The notes under the pieces are model-generated. The model was not told the origin of the DNA. It did no database searches and saw only the letters and a program-made list of their open reading frames with translations. The position numbers were made by a program, and so were the translations under genes. Below are positions 9,989 to 19,331 of a stretch of DNA of 64,000 nt, piece by piece. The number at the start of each line of letters is the position of its first letter. Within the stretch, counting starts at the first letter, position 1. Source of the DNA: Bdellovibrionales bacterium (GTDB lineage Bacteria > Bdellovibrionota > Bdellovibrionia > Bdellovibrionales > CAYMLA01); contig OZ244239.1 in NCBI GenBank assembly GCA_965217115.1, positions 416,001 through 480,000 of the forward strand. The letters run 5' to 3'.

Positions 9989-10779
9989 CAGTCGTTGAAA
10001 AAAAACCTCTCATGAAAATCCAGAACCTCTCCCTAAATTATAAAAACAGCTCTGCTTTTTCTAATATTAATCTAAATATTCTTCCCCAAGAAGTTCTTGC
10101 CCTCATCGGACCTTCTGGCTCTGGTAAATCTAGTTTTCTAAATTGTTTAAATCAACTCTTCCTCTCTGTCCCCTGTTGCACAGTTGAGGGAAGTATCGAG
10201 TTTGAAGGGCGAGTTATATTAGGGGGAGAGACCACTTCGGCTAAACTGAATCTACAGCATCTCAGGAGAAACATTGGTATGGTCTTTCAAAGACCCCATC
10301 CCTTTCCCAATTCTATTTACAAGAACATGTCCATCCCACTCAAGGAAGTTGGTATTAAGAGTAAAGATTCTATCGATGAAACAATCCATAGAACTTTCTC
10401 AGATGTTGGCCTGTGGGATGAACTAAAAGATCGTCTCCAATCTTCGGCCCTCGAACTCTCAGGAGGTCAGCAACAGAGACTCTGTATTGCCCGAGCCATT
10501 GCTCTTAAACCTAAGCTATTGCTGATGGATGAACCAACAAGTTCACTCGACCCCATCGCCGCGCAAACGATCGAGTCACTCATCACGGAACTCAAGAAAA
10601 AATATGCAGTCGTCATGGTCACACACAATCTTGCCCAAGCTAGACGTATCTCAGATAAATTGGCCCTCATCTACCCTATCAACGGAATAGGTCATTTGAT
10701 TGAATACGGTGAAACAGCCCATCTCTTTAAATCTCCACAGGAAGATCTCACTAAAGAGTATTTTTCAAGGGAACTTTAA
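9985..10779 (+). CDS. pstB: Phosphate-type ABC ATPase PstB
   Basis: GPSGSGKS, GMVFQRPHPFP, LSGGQQQRLCIARA, DEPTSSLDP. Confidence 0.9.
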   Translation: MTVVEKKPLMKIQNLSLNYKNSSAFSNINLNILPQEVLALIGPSGSGKSSFLNCLNQLFLSVPCCTVEGSIEFEGRVILGGETTSAKLNLQHLRRNIGMVFQRPHPFPNSIYKNMSIPLKEVGIKSKDSIDETIHRTFSDVGLWDELKDRLQSSALELSGGQQQRLCIARAIALKPKLLLMDEPTSSLDPIAAQTIESLITELKKKYAVVMVTHNLAQARRISDKLALIYPINGIGHLIEYGETAHLFKSPQEDLTKEYFSREL

Positions 10780-10783
10780 ACAT

Positions 10784-11491
10784 ATGAAAACTGTCAGTGT
10801 TATTTTCAGCACCCACAACGATGCTAAGAATGGGTTTCTCAAGAAAAGTCTCACCTCCCTATGTGATGAGTCCTCTTGTGAAATCATTGTCGTCAATAAA
10901 AGTGACGAGATCCCCGAACTCTTAAACACACTTCCTGTGAAACTGATCTCCTCCAAAGACCCATCACGGGCAGTGAGACAAAATCTTGGTATTAAAGCCG
11001 CTCAAGGTGATATTATTCTGCTCCACCATCCACGCAGTGTTCTAGAGAGAGGAGCGATTCAGGAACTGACCGAAGCCATGGAAAATCAGATGATCACATG
11101 GGGCTGCTTCACCCATGGGTTTAACATAAAACATCCCCTTCTGCAGTTCACCTCATGGTATTCTAATAAAGTTCGCTGCGATCAAAAGAGCATTGCTTAT
11201 TTAGACCATTGTGTCTTCTTCCGACGCAGCCTACTTGAGAATGACCCCACCCCTGTCCCCGAGGTGGATATCTTTGAAGACACAGAGCTGAGTTTAAAAC
11301 TTAAGAAACTCGGCAAACCGGTACGACTCTCTAAACAGTCTACAACCTCTGCCATTCGTTTTCAAAAGAACGGTGTTTATAGGCAATCTCTTCTCAATCA
11401 AGTGCTTAAGGTGGGTTATGGGTTGGGGGTTTCTGATGGGTGGATGAATCGTCTCTACGAGAAAGGCCTCTCTCTTAATTCTAAATATTAG
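10784..11491 (+). CDS. Family 2 glycosyltransferase resembling the arsenosugar-associated (TIGR04283-like) type
   Basis: SVIFSTHN, SRAVRQNLG, YLDHCVF, IFEDTELS, TSAIRFQKNGV; the usual HAD (DxD-equivalent) motif reads HHPRS. Confidence 0.7.
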   Translation: MKTVSVIFSTHNDAKNGFLKKSLTSLCDESSCEIIVVNKSDEIPELLNTLPVKLISSKDPSRAVRQNLGIKAAQGDIILLHHPRSVLERGAIQELTEAMENQMITWGCFTHGFNIKHPLLQFTSWYSNKVRCDQKSIAYLDHCVFFRRSLLENDPTPVPEVDIFEDTELSLKLKKLGKPVRLSKQSTTSAIRFQKNGVYRQSLLNQVLKVGYGLGVSDGWMNRLYEKGLSLNSKY

Positions 11492-11496
11492 GAGCC

Positions 11497-11990
11497 GTTT
11501 TTAAAATGCCTCTTTATTCTTTAGCTCAGACATTCGGTTGGCAGCGGCGCTCGCTTAGAATATCGGTCGGCTGAAGCGACCGGTATTCTAGGCGAGCATC
11601 GCACCAATCCGAACTCGCTAAAGAACAAAGAGGCATTTTAAAAACTCTCTTTGAACATCTGCGACTGACTGGGCACAACGGGGAAGGGGGATAACGGAGA
11701 GCTTAGAATATCGGTCGGCTGAAGCGCCTGGTATTCTAGGCGAGCATCGCACCAACCGAACTCGCTAAAGAACAAAGAGGCATTTTAAAAACTCTCTTTG
11801 AACATCTGCGACTGACTGGGCACAACGGGGAAGGGGGATAACGGAGAGCTTAGAATATCGGTCGGCTGAAGCGGCTGGTATTCTAGGCGAGCATCGCACC
11901 AACCGAACTCGCTAAAGAACAAAGAGGCATTTTAAAAACTCTCTTTGAACATCTGCGATGGGCTGGGAACAACGGAGGGGGTAGGATGTC
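11497..11990. repeat. Long-hairpin element copy B (11497-11645) followed by two tandem ~137-bp partial copies
   Basis: 29-bp inverted arms with one mismatch; core GCTCAGACATTCGGTTGGCAGCGGCGCTCGC...GCGAGCATCGCACCAATCCGAACTCGC; units restart at 11563, 11701 and 11838. Confidence 0.92.
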
Positions 11991-12012
11991 GGTGCGATCC
12001 ATCGTTAGGACT

Positions 12013-12047
12013 AAAAAAAAATGCCCTCGAGTGAATATCGAAGGCAT
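12013..12047 (-). terminator. Probable intrinsic terminator of the 12145-12678 gene
   Basis: ATGCC(C)TCGA/TCGA(A)GGCAT hairpin followed by a U run on the minus strand. Confidence 0.55.
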
Positions 12048-12144
12048 CTTAATTTTTAACTTGGGCCTTTTATTAACCTGTCCCATTTTTGGGGTACAGA
12101 TCATTAAATTATAGCCTTTTTTTTAAATAAGAAAGTTAATATGC

Positions 12145-12678
12145 TTAATAAACTTTTTTAAAGTAATAGCAATGTCCATAAATATTAGAATTTATCTCTG
12201 GATAACGAGAAACCCGACCCACAAAAAAATCGCTATATTTTTTTAATGAGAAGATTGGAATTCCATCTGTAGATGCTAAAGAGCCCTCCCGTTCCTCGGT
12301 GGTAAAGGTCTGATTATCAGGGCTCCTCATAATTTGTACTATAGCATCCTTAAAATTTGACAAATCATTATCATAATAGTTCGCTGGTACTTTTTTCGCG
12401 TGAAAAAACATCATTTGATGTGCTGTCTTTGGGGGGAAATCGCCACCATTAGCTGGGTCTATATTTATGCGAGATGCTAATAGGCCAGCTATTGGCTTGC
12501 TTGGCGCTTTTGCTGCGTAACATCTTCCAGACCACCAACCAAAAGTTTCTTCTTCTGTAGGTAGGGTTCCTTGGTCATACATCTCTCCGAGTTCTTCAAA
12601 ATTAGTGGGAAACTCTGATGCTCCATGGACATTGCTAAATGCTAGGCATGCTAAGATAACAATAGATAGAAACTTCAT
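12145..12678 (-). CDS. Secreted hypothetical protein, paralog 1
   Basis: Signal peptide, AAGGAG RBS, GWWSGRCY...CYYFKKVY; paralog at 13454-14002. Confidence 0.8.
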   Translation of the reverse strand: MKFLSIVILACLAFSNVHGASEFPTNFEELGEMYDQGTLPTEEETFGWWSGRCYAAKAPSKPIAGLLASRINIDPANGGDFPPKTAHQMMFFHAKKVPANYYDNDLSNFKDAIVQIMRSPDNQTFTTEEREGSLASTDGIPIFSLKKYSDFFVGRVSRYPEINSNIYGHCYYFKKVY

Positions 12679-12905
12679 TGCAACTCCTTATTTATATTGC
12701 CTATTTGGGCAATGGTTTTATTACGAGCTTTACCGCCCATAAAGTTATTGCGCTTTATTTAAAACACACAGTCTATTTAACAGTTTTTCTATGAATGTCT
12801 ATAATTATAACAATAAATTGACTCGTTCCTAAAAAACCTGCGGTGCGGGAAACTAGGTAAAAACAAGTGTTTAAACAAGGCATTTGATTCTAAATGTTCG
12901 AAGCC

Positions 12906-13250
12906 GTTTTTAAAATGCCTCTTTGTTCTTTAGCTCAGACATTCGGTTGGCAGCGGCGCTCGCCTAGAATATCGGTCGCTGGAGCGACCGGTATTCTGAG
13001 CGAGCATCGCACCAATCCGAACTCGCTAAAGAACAAAGAGGCATTTTAAAAACTCTCTTTGAACATCTGCGATGGGCTGGGAACAACGGAGAGCTTAGAA
13101 TATCGGTCGCTGGGGCGATCGGTATTCTAGGCGAGCATTGCACCAACCGAACTCGCTAAAGAACAGAGAGGTATTTTAAAAACTCTCTTTGAACATCTGC
13201 GATGGGCTGGGAACAACGGAGAGCTTAGAATATCGGTCGCTGGAGGGGAT
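12906..13250. repeat. Long-hairpin element copy C (12906-13053) plus tandem partial copies
   Basis: Same arms and core as copy B. Confidence 0.92.
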
Positions 13251-13324
13251 AAGACAATTGAAGATGTAAAAAAAATACCGGAGAAAATAAAGTATTATAA
13301 CCATAGCGATTCATCGTTAGGACT

Positions 13325-13358
13325 AAAAAAAATGCCCTCGAGTGAATATCGAAGGCAT
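13325..13358 (-). terminator. Probable intrinsic terminator of the 13454-14002 gene
   Basis: Same hairpin and U run as at 12013-12047. Confidence 0.55.
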
Positions 13359-13453
13359 CTTAATTTTTAACTTGGGCCTTTTATTAACCTGTCCCATTTT
13401 TGGGGTACAGATCATTAAATTATAGCTTTTTTTAGATAGGAAAGTTAATACAC

Positions 13454-14002
13454 TTAATAAACTTTTTTAAAGAAATAGCAATTTGAATAAACATCACCAG
13501 CGCGCCATCTGTGCTTACCATTGGATGTAGAACCATCTTGATTAACAATAGCTTGGCCTATAAAATAATTTTCATATTTTCTTAGTGCAAAATCTAAATT
13601 AAGTGGTGTATATGCATATAAAGAATTGTCTCTTTTTTTAACAATAATTCTTCTGTTTTCTTCAGTGTTTATAAGTTCTTCTACCTCAACCTTAAATTCT
13701 AATAAATTATTGTCAAAGTAGTCAGCTGCTTGTTTTGATCCATGACGAAGAAAGACCATTTGATGCGTCTTTGAAGGTTCATCTGTAATCATCCTAGATA
13801 CTAATAGGTTAGGTAATGGATTACTTGGCATTAATACATCGTAACATCTTCCAGACCACCAACCAAAAGTTTCTTCTTTTGTAGGCAGGGTTCCTTGGTC
13901 AAACATCTCTCCCAGTTCTTCAAAATCAGTGGAAAGCTCTGATGCTCCATGGACACTGCTAAATGCTAGGCATGATAAGATAACAATAGATAGAAACTTC
14001 AT
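13454..14002 (-). CDS. Secreted hypothetical protein, paralog 2
   Basis: Signal peptide; N-terminal ~54 aa nearly identical to paralog 1; ends CYFFKKVY. Confidence 0.8.
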   Translation of the reverse strand: MKFLSIVILSCLAFSSVHGASELSTDFEELGEMFDQGTLPTKEETFGWWSGRCYDVLMPSNPLPNLLVSRMITDEPSKTHQMVFLRHGSKQAADYFDNNLLEFKVEVEELINTEENRRIIVKKRDNSLYAYTPLNLDFALRKYENYFIGQAIVNQDGSTSNGKHRWRAGDVYSNCYFFKKVY

Positions 14003-14229
14003 TGCAACTCCTTATTTATATTGCCTATTTGGGCAATGGTTTTATTACGAGCTTTACCGCCCATAAAGTTATTGCGCTTTATTTAAAACACACAGTCTAT
14101 TTAACAGTTTTTCTATGAATGTCTATAATTATAACAATAAATTGACTCGTTCCTAAAAAACCTGCGGTGCGGAAAACTAGGTAAAAACAAATATTTAACC
14201 AAGGCCTTTGATTCTAAATGTTAGACGCC

Positions 14230-14532
14230 GTTTTTAAAATGACTCTTTATTCTTTAGCTCAGACATTCGGTTGGCAGCGGCGCTCGCTTAGAATATCGGT
14301 CGCTAAAGCGACCGGTATTCTAAGTGAGCATCGCACCAATCCGAACTCGCTAAAGAACAAAGAGGCATTTTAAAAACTCTCTTTGAACATCTGCGACTGA
14401 CTGGGCACAACGGAGAAGGGGGACAACGGAGGGGGTAGAATATCGGTCGCTGGGGGGACTGGTATTCTAAGGGGGGGGGGGGGAGAGGGAGGGAAAGAAA
14501 GAGAAAGAAAGAAAGAAAGAAAGAAAAAGAGA
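14230..14532. repeat. Long-hairpin element copy D (14230-14377) with partial copy, G13 run and (GAAA)n tail
   Basis: Same core as B and C; purine tract at 14471-14532. Confidence 0.9.
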
Positions 14533-14542
14533 TATATAAAAT

Positions 14543-15541
14543 TTAGGGGGTGAGGAAGCCGGTTTTTTTGTAGACGTTTTTTAGGGTTTTGTGGGCGATT
14601 TCTTTTGCTCGTAGGGCGTTTGTTTTTAGCATTGACTCTAGATAAGTTTGATCCTGTATAAGTTTGTCGTACTCTTCACGCACGGGGCGTAACACATCAC
14701 AAACTAGGTCCGCCGTGGCCACCTTGAAATGTCCATAGAGTTTTCCTGAAAACTCTTTTTCTATCTCAGGTAAACTCATTCCCGATAGACAGGAGTAAAT
14801 CGTCATTAAATTAGCAATGCCCGCCTTGCCCTCAAGGTCATAGGTGACCTCCTCTCCGGAGTCTGTAACGGCGGATTTAATTTTCTTTTGAATTTTGTTT
14901 TCTGGATCAATCACTGATACGTAGGCCCCAGGCAAACAGTCTGATTTAGACATCTTAGACATCGGGTCCTTCAGAGACATCACCCTTGCCCCCAATTTAT
15001 TAATCAAAGGTTCTGGGATAACAAAGGCCTGGCCATGGCGTTTATTAAACTGCTCCGCCAAATCGCGGGTCAACTCCAAGTGTTGCTTTTGATCTTCTCC
15101 CACGGGAACCAAATTTGTCTGATAAAGTAATATATCTGCAGCCATCAATACAGGATAAGTAAAGAGCCCTGTATTGATGTTTTTAGGGTCACTCTCTGAT
15201 TTATCCTTAAACTGTGTCATTCTCCTTAGAGAACCCATCGGAGTTAAGCAACTCAAAACCCAAGCAAGCTCCGTGTGTTCACTCACATGGGACTGCATGA
15301 AAATAATATTTTTCTCTGGGTCTAAACCGCAGGCCAAATACTGAGCAATAAAGGACAAACTCCTCTGGCGCAACTCCTTAGGGTCCTGCCTCACAGTGAT
15401 TGAATGGAGATCCGCCGCCATATAGAGACAGCTATACTCATCCTGCATCTTCGCCCAATTAGAAACAGCGCCGATGTAATTGCCTATGGTCAGAACACCT
15501 GTGGTCGTACTCGCACTTAGAACTGTTTTTTTATCTGCCAT
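14543..15541 (-). CDS. trpS: Tryptophan--tRNA ligase
   Basis: TIGN, YPVLMAADIL, VPVGEDQKQHLE, KMSKS. Confidence 0.97.
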   Translation of the reverse strand: MADKKTVLSASTTTGVLTIGNYIGAVSNWAKMQDEYSCLYMAADLHSITVRQDPKELRQRSLSFIAQYLACGLDPEKNIIFMQSHVSEHTELAWVLSCLTPMGSLRRMTQFKDKSESDPKNINTGLFTYPVLMAADILLYQTNLVPVGEDQKQHLELTRDLAEQFNKRHGQAFVIPEPLINKLGARVMSLKDPMSKMSKSDCLPGAYVSVIDPENKIQKKIKSAVTDSGEEVTYDLEGKAGIANLMTIYSCLSGMSLPEIEKEFSGKLYGHFKVATADLVCDVLRPVREEYDKLIQDQTYLESMLKTNALRAKEIAHKTLKNVYKKTGFLTP

Positions 15542-15650
15542 AAATACACCTTAAACTGTTTTTTATCTGTCGTAAATACACCTTACTCATTCCAGGGAAA
15601 TCTTTCAAGAAAAGGATGTTAGAAGTTTTCCATCTCCATTCTTTAAGCCA

Positions 15651-16490
15651 TCACAACCAACGGCGCACTAACTCATAACCGCAAACACTGGCGCAGACGG
15701 CAACGTTTAGAGAGTTTTTCTGACCAAAAACAGGCACCTCGATAATTTGATCCACTAAATCCAACACCCTCTGCTCTAAACCAAAGTACTCGTTGCCAAA
15801 AACAAGGGCTAACCTAGGCATGGACTCTGTCTGCGGAAAATCCAAATCGTAAATACTCACGGCTCCCTCAACAGTCTCCAAACCCAAGATCTGATATTTA
15901 TCCGCCTTGAGCCCTTCGATCACGTTTTCAATGGAAGCATCATAGGTCCATTTCATATTCTCACTTGTTCCCATTGATGTCTTCTGCACCCCCAGGTGAT
16001 CTGCGGTCGCCGTGTAACCACAGAGATATATTTGTTCACACCCCAAGCACTCGGCCGTTCTAAAAAAGCTCCCTATATTAAATGTCGATCGAATATTGTG
16101 CAAAACAAAAATCAGAGGACGCTTCACCCGGTTTTCCTCTCTGTCTAAATTCCGCACAGGCACTTCATGCTCTTTAACTATTCTATAATAACGCCGCTCA
16201 AGAGGAACCACAGATGCCACAAAATCTTTGAGAAGAACAACATCTAGATCATTGTGGTCATTGTGATCATTATGACCACTTCGATACTTATCTATTTCCT
16301 GTAATTGTTTCTGAAGAGGGGAGAACGCATCATAGCCTGCAACAACAGAGAGGTCCGTGTATTTTTTAAGCTGAAGAAAACTCCCACCGTCTCTCCAGTT
16401 TTTCTCCACATGGTGGGCCCACTCGACAATGATCTTTCCCTGCTTATTCTCACTGAAACGAGAAAAAATAGCTTCAGGAAAATTCTTCAT
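15651..16490 (-). CDS. TrmH/SpoU family RNA methyltransferase with N-terminal extension
   Basis: NIRSTFNIGSFFRT, VFGNE, SLNVAV. Confidence 0.9.
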   Translation of the reverse strand: MKNFPEAIFSRFSENKQGKIIVEWAHHVEKNWRDGGSFLQLKKYTDLSVVAGYDAFSPLQKQLQEIDKYRSGHNDHNDHNDLDVVLLKDFVASVVPLERRYYRIVKEHEVPVRNLDREENRVKRPLIFVLHNIRSTFNIGSFFRTAECLGCEQIYLCGYTATADHLGVQKTSMGTSENMKWTYDASIENVIEGLKADKYQILGLETVEGAVSIYDLDFPQTESMPRLALVFGNEYFGLEQRVLDLVDQIIEVPVFGQKNSLNVAVCASVCGYELVRRWL

Positions 16491-16493
16491 GGA

Positions 16494-18212
16494 TCACTTC
16501 GCCTTTGCGTGAGTCTTAGCTTCAGCCTTAGTCTTAGTTTTAGTTTTAGTTTTAGTTTTAGCTGGCTCTTGAGCAAAATTGCTCTTCCCCTCTTCGATGA
16601 TATCAGCCAGGGATTCTTTTTTCACTCGGACAGCTAAATGTTCAAAAACCGCCAATTCTCTGTTTTCGAGACAGGTCTCACGGGATTTCCAGCTATAGGG
16701 TTCCTCGTTAAAGAGTTTCTCAACCTTCTCAACATAGCTAGGGATAATGGGCTTTAAATACACCGCCAACACACGGAATAAATTCAACGTGTCAGTTAAA
16801 ACACGACGGGTCTCTTCCACATCTTGTTTAATCAGATTCCAAGGGGCGATCCCATCAAAATATTTATTGGCTTCATCAGCTAAAGCCCGGACCTCATTAA
16901 CTCCTTTAGCAAAATCTCTATTCTCATAGTGCCTCGCTATTTCATCACCCTTATCCAAAGACTGTTGCCACAGAGAACGACCCTTTGGGGTCATTTCACC
17001 CATTCGCCCGTCAATGTGTTTTTGTAACATCTGTGCTCCACGGGACGCCAGATTAGTGATCTTCCCCACTAGCTCGGAATTCACTCGCCCACAGAAATCA
17101 TCAAAATTTAAATCAACATCATCCTGACCCGAATTCAGTTTAGCCCCATAATAATAACGCAAATACATTGGCTCCAGATGATTCAAAAATGTCCTCGCCA
17201 TAACAAAAGTCCCCTTGGACTTACTCATCTTCACCCCGTTCACCGTAAGATAGCCGTGGACAAAAACATGGTTGGGAGTTTTATAACCCGCATTCTTCAA
17301 CATTGCTGGCCAGAATAACGTGTGAAAATACACAATGTCTTTACCAATGAAATGATAAAGCTCGCTCTGAGTGTCAGAGCCCCAGAAATCTAAGAAATTC
17401 CCATTGTTTTTCTCTACCCACTCCTGAGTGGTTGAAATATAACCCATCGGCGCATCTACCCACACATAGAAATACTTCCCCTCAAGATCGGGAATGGGAA
17501 AACCAAAATAAGGTTCGTCACGGGAGATATCCCAATCCTTCAGCGTCTCTTTCAACCACTCTTGCAATTTATTGCACACGGCTTTTTCCGTATGCTCCGC
17601 CACCCATTTCTTTAGAAATTCTCTGAAACTTTCTAATTTAAAAAATACGTGCTCGCTCTTTTTCTCAACAGGCTTATTGCCACAAAGTGAACACTCAGGA
17701 GCCGTCATGTCTAGAGGAGAGTAGGTCGCCCCACACTGATCACAAGAATCCCCATACTGCTCTTCTGCCGAACATTTAGGACAAACTCCTTTCACAAAAC
17801 GATCGGGCAGAAACATTTTGTCATGTTCACAATACGCCTGATTAATCCAGCGAATATCAATGTGACCGTTGTCTTTCATTTTTTTATAGAATTCCGCCAC
17901 CAACTCTTTATTCGTTTCAGAATCAGTGGTCGAAAAATGATCAAACTCAATATTGAAATCAGAAAAGTCTCTCTCATGCCGAGCCTGTGCCTGGGAGATC
18001 AGCTTTTCAGGGGCGATGTTTTTTTCGCGGGCGCTGACCATGATCGGTGTTCCATGGGAGTCAGAGGCACAAAAATACCGACACTCATGTCCCTTCATTT
18101 TATGAAATCGAGTCCAAAAATCTGCCTGGAGATACTCCACAAGATGCCCTAGGTGAATATCCCCGTTGGCATAGGGCAGGGCTGCGGTCACTAGGATTTT
18201 TCTCTGCTCCAT
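16494..18212 (-). CDS. metG: Methionine--tRNA ligase, short form without the C-terminal tRNA-binding domain
   Basis: ALPYANG-HLGH, Zn knuckles, KMSKS; start at 18212 behind a GGAGAGGGG RBS. Confidence 0.96.
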   Translation of the reverse strand: MEQRKILVTAALPYANGDIHLGHLVEYLQADFWTRFHKMKGHECRYFCASDSHGTPIMVSAREKNIAPEKLISQAQARHERDFSDFNIEFDHFSTTDSETNKELVAEFYKKMKDNGHIDIRWINQAYCEHDKMFLPDRFVKGVCPKCSAEEQYGDSCDQCGATYSPLDMTAPECSLCGNKPVEKKSEHVFFKLESFREFLKKWVAEHTEKAVCNKLQEWLKETLKDWDISRDEPYFGFPIPDLEGKYFYVWVDAPMGYISTTQEWVEKNNGNFLDFWGSDTQSELYHFIGKDIVYFHTLFWPAMLKNAGYKTPNHVFVHGYLTVNGVKMSKSKGTFVMARTFLNHLEPMYLRYYYGAKLNSGQDDVDLNFDDFCGRVNSELVGKITNLASRGAQMLQKHIDGRMGEMTPKGRSLWQQSLDKGDEIARHYENRDFAKGVNEVRALADEANKYFDGIAPWNLIKQDVEETRRVLTDTLNLFRVLAVYLKPIIPSYVEKVEKLFNEEPYSWKSRETCLENRELAVFEHLAVRVKKESLADIIEEGKSNFAQEPAKTKTKTKTKTKAEAKTHAKAK

Positions 18213-18344
18213 TCCCCTCTCCATAGGTCTTAAAACGATAGGACCCACTGTACATTTTGGGCCTCTCAAAGGCAAGTCACTTAGCAGTGTAATTATTAAT
18301 TTCAAGTGGAAGATTCTCAAAGAATATGTTAGTTAACAAGTGAT

Positions 18345-19151
18345 ATGAACATCACCATTGCATTTTTATCTTGGCTTTTAGACACCGTTTTCGCGATCAT
18401 TCCGAGAGCCACGCCCGCAAGAGAGAAACTCTCACAAGTGCGCATTGTCGCCCACAGAGGGTGTCATAATTCCCATGCTAAAGAAAACACGATGCCCGCC
18501 TTCAGCAGAGCTGCTATCAACGGCGTTTGGGGGATCGAGTTTGATGTTCGCTGGACAAGGGATTTTGTTCCCGTTATTAGCCACGATGAAAACCTCAAAA
18601 GAGTTTTTAATAGAGATCTCAACATCTCTGATACAGATTTTTCTGAACTGAGAAAACAAGCCCCGGAAGTCCCCTCTCTGAGAGAACTCGTCGAAGCACA
18701 CGGTCAGCAAATTCATTTTATGATCGAGATCAAAAATGAACTCACCACAGACACCCATGCTAAACTCAACAACTTTTCGTCTGCCCTAAGTCGTCTCACG
18801 CCAAAGGTCGATTTTCATATTCTTAGCCTTGAACCACAAGTCACATTCCCTTTGCTCAAAGATGTTTACGCTCCTAATGTTTTTCTTCCCACCTCTTTAA
18901 TGAACGCGAAGACCCTCCACAAGCAGACATTGCATCTAAACTACGCCGGCCTTCTGGGCTCTTATTTTCTTGTGACAGATAAGATGCTAAAAAATTATCT
19001 GGATAATAACCAAGGGATTGGAACTGGGTTTGTTCGTTCTAAAATGGCTCTCTACCGAGAAGTTAACCGTGGAACGACTTGGGTCTTCTCCAACCACGCC
19101 GATCAATTGCAACAATATCTCCATTGCGATTCCAAGAAGAAAACTTCTTGA
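18345..19151 (+). CDS. Glycerophosphodiester phosphodiesterase family protein
   Basis: IVAHRG, ENT, IEFDV, HD, IEIK. Confidence 0.9.
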   Translation: MNITIAFLSWLLDTVFAIIPRATPAREKLSQVRIVAHRGCHNSHAKENTMPAFSRAAINGVWGIEFDVRWTRDFVPVISHDENLKRVFNRDLNISDTDFSELRKQAPEVPSLRELVEAHGQQIHFMIEIKNELTTDTHAKLNNFSSALSRLTPKVDFHILSLEPQVTFPLLKDVYAPNVFLPTSLMNAKTLHKQTLHLNYAGLLGSYFLVTDKMLKNYLDNNQGIGTGFVRSKMALYREVNRGTTWVFSNHADQLQQYLHCDSKKKTS

Positions 19152-19331
19152 TCACTCCTTGAATACCCACCTAAATTGAAAAAAAAATAGACACAAGCCC
19201 TCTCTTTGCTGATAGGCCTTGCCCGATTTAAGTCCAGTTTTCAGCCAAAAGTCTATTAGACCTAAAGCAAGAAAACCCGACCTCCGAATGAGACTAAGAA
19301 CCTGACAAAAACAACCAGAGAGGTCTTAGTT

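Noticed and set aside
12145..14002. Diversity-generating retroelement TR/VR pair
   Set aside because: Differences are not adenine-specific, include indels, and no reverse transcriptase is present.
11497..14377. Classical integron attC sites
   Set aside because: No convincing RYYYAAC/GTTRRRY ends at cassette boundaries, no intI in the window, and the genes carry their own upstream regions.
11497..14460. Possible CRISPR array
   Set aside because: Units are ~120-138-bp near-identical copies without unique spacers; no cas genes in the window.
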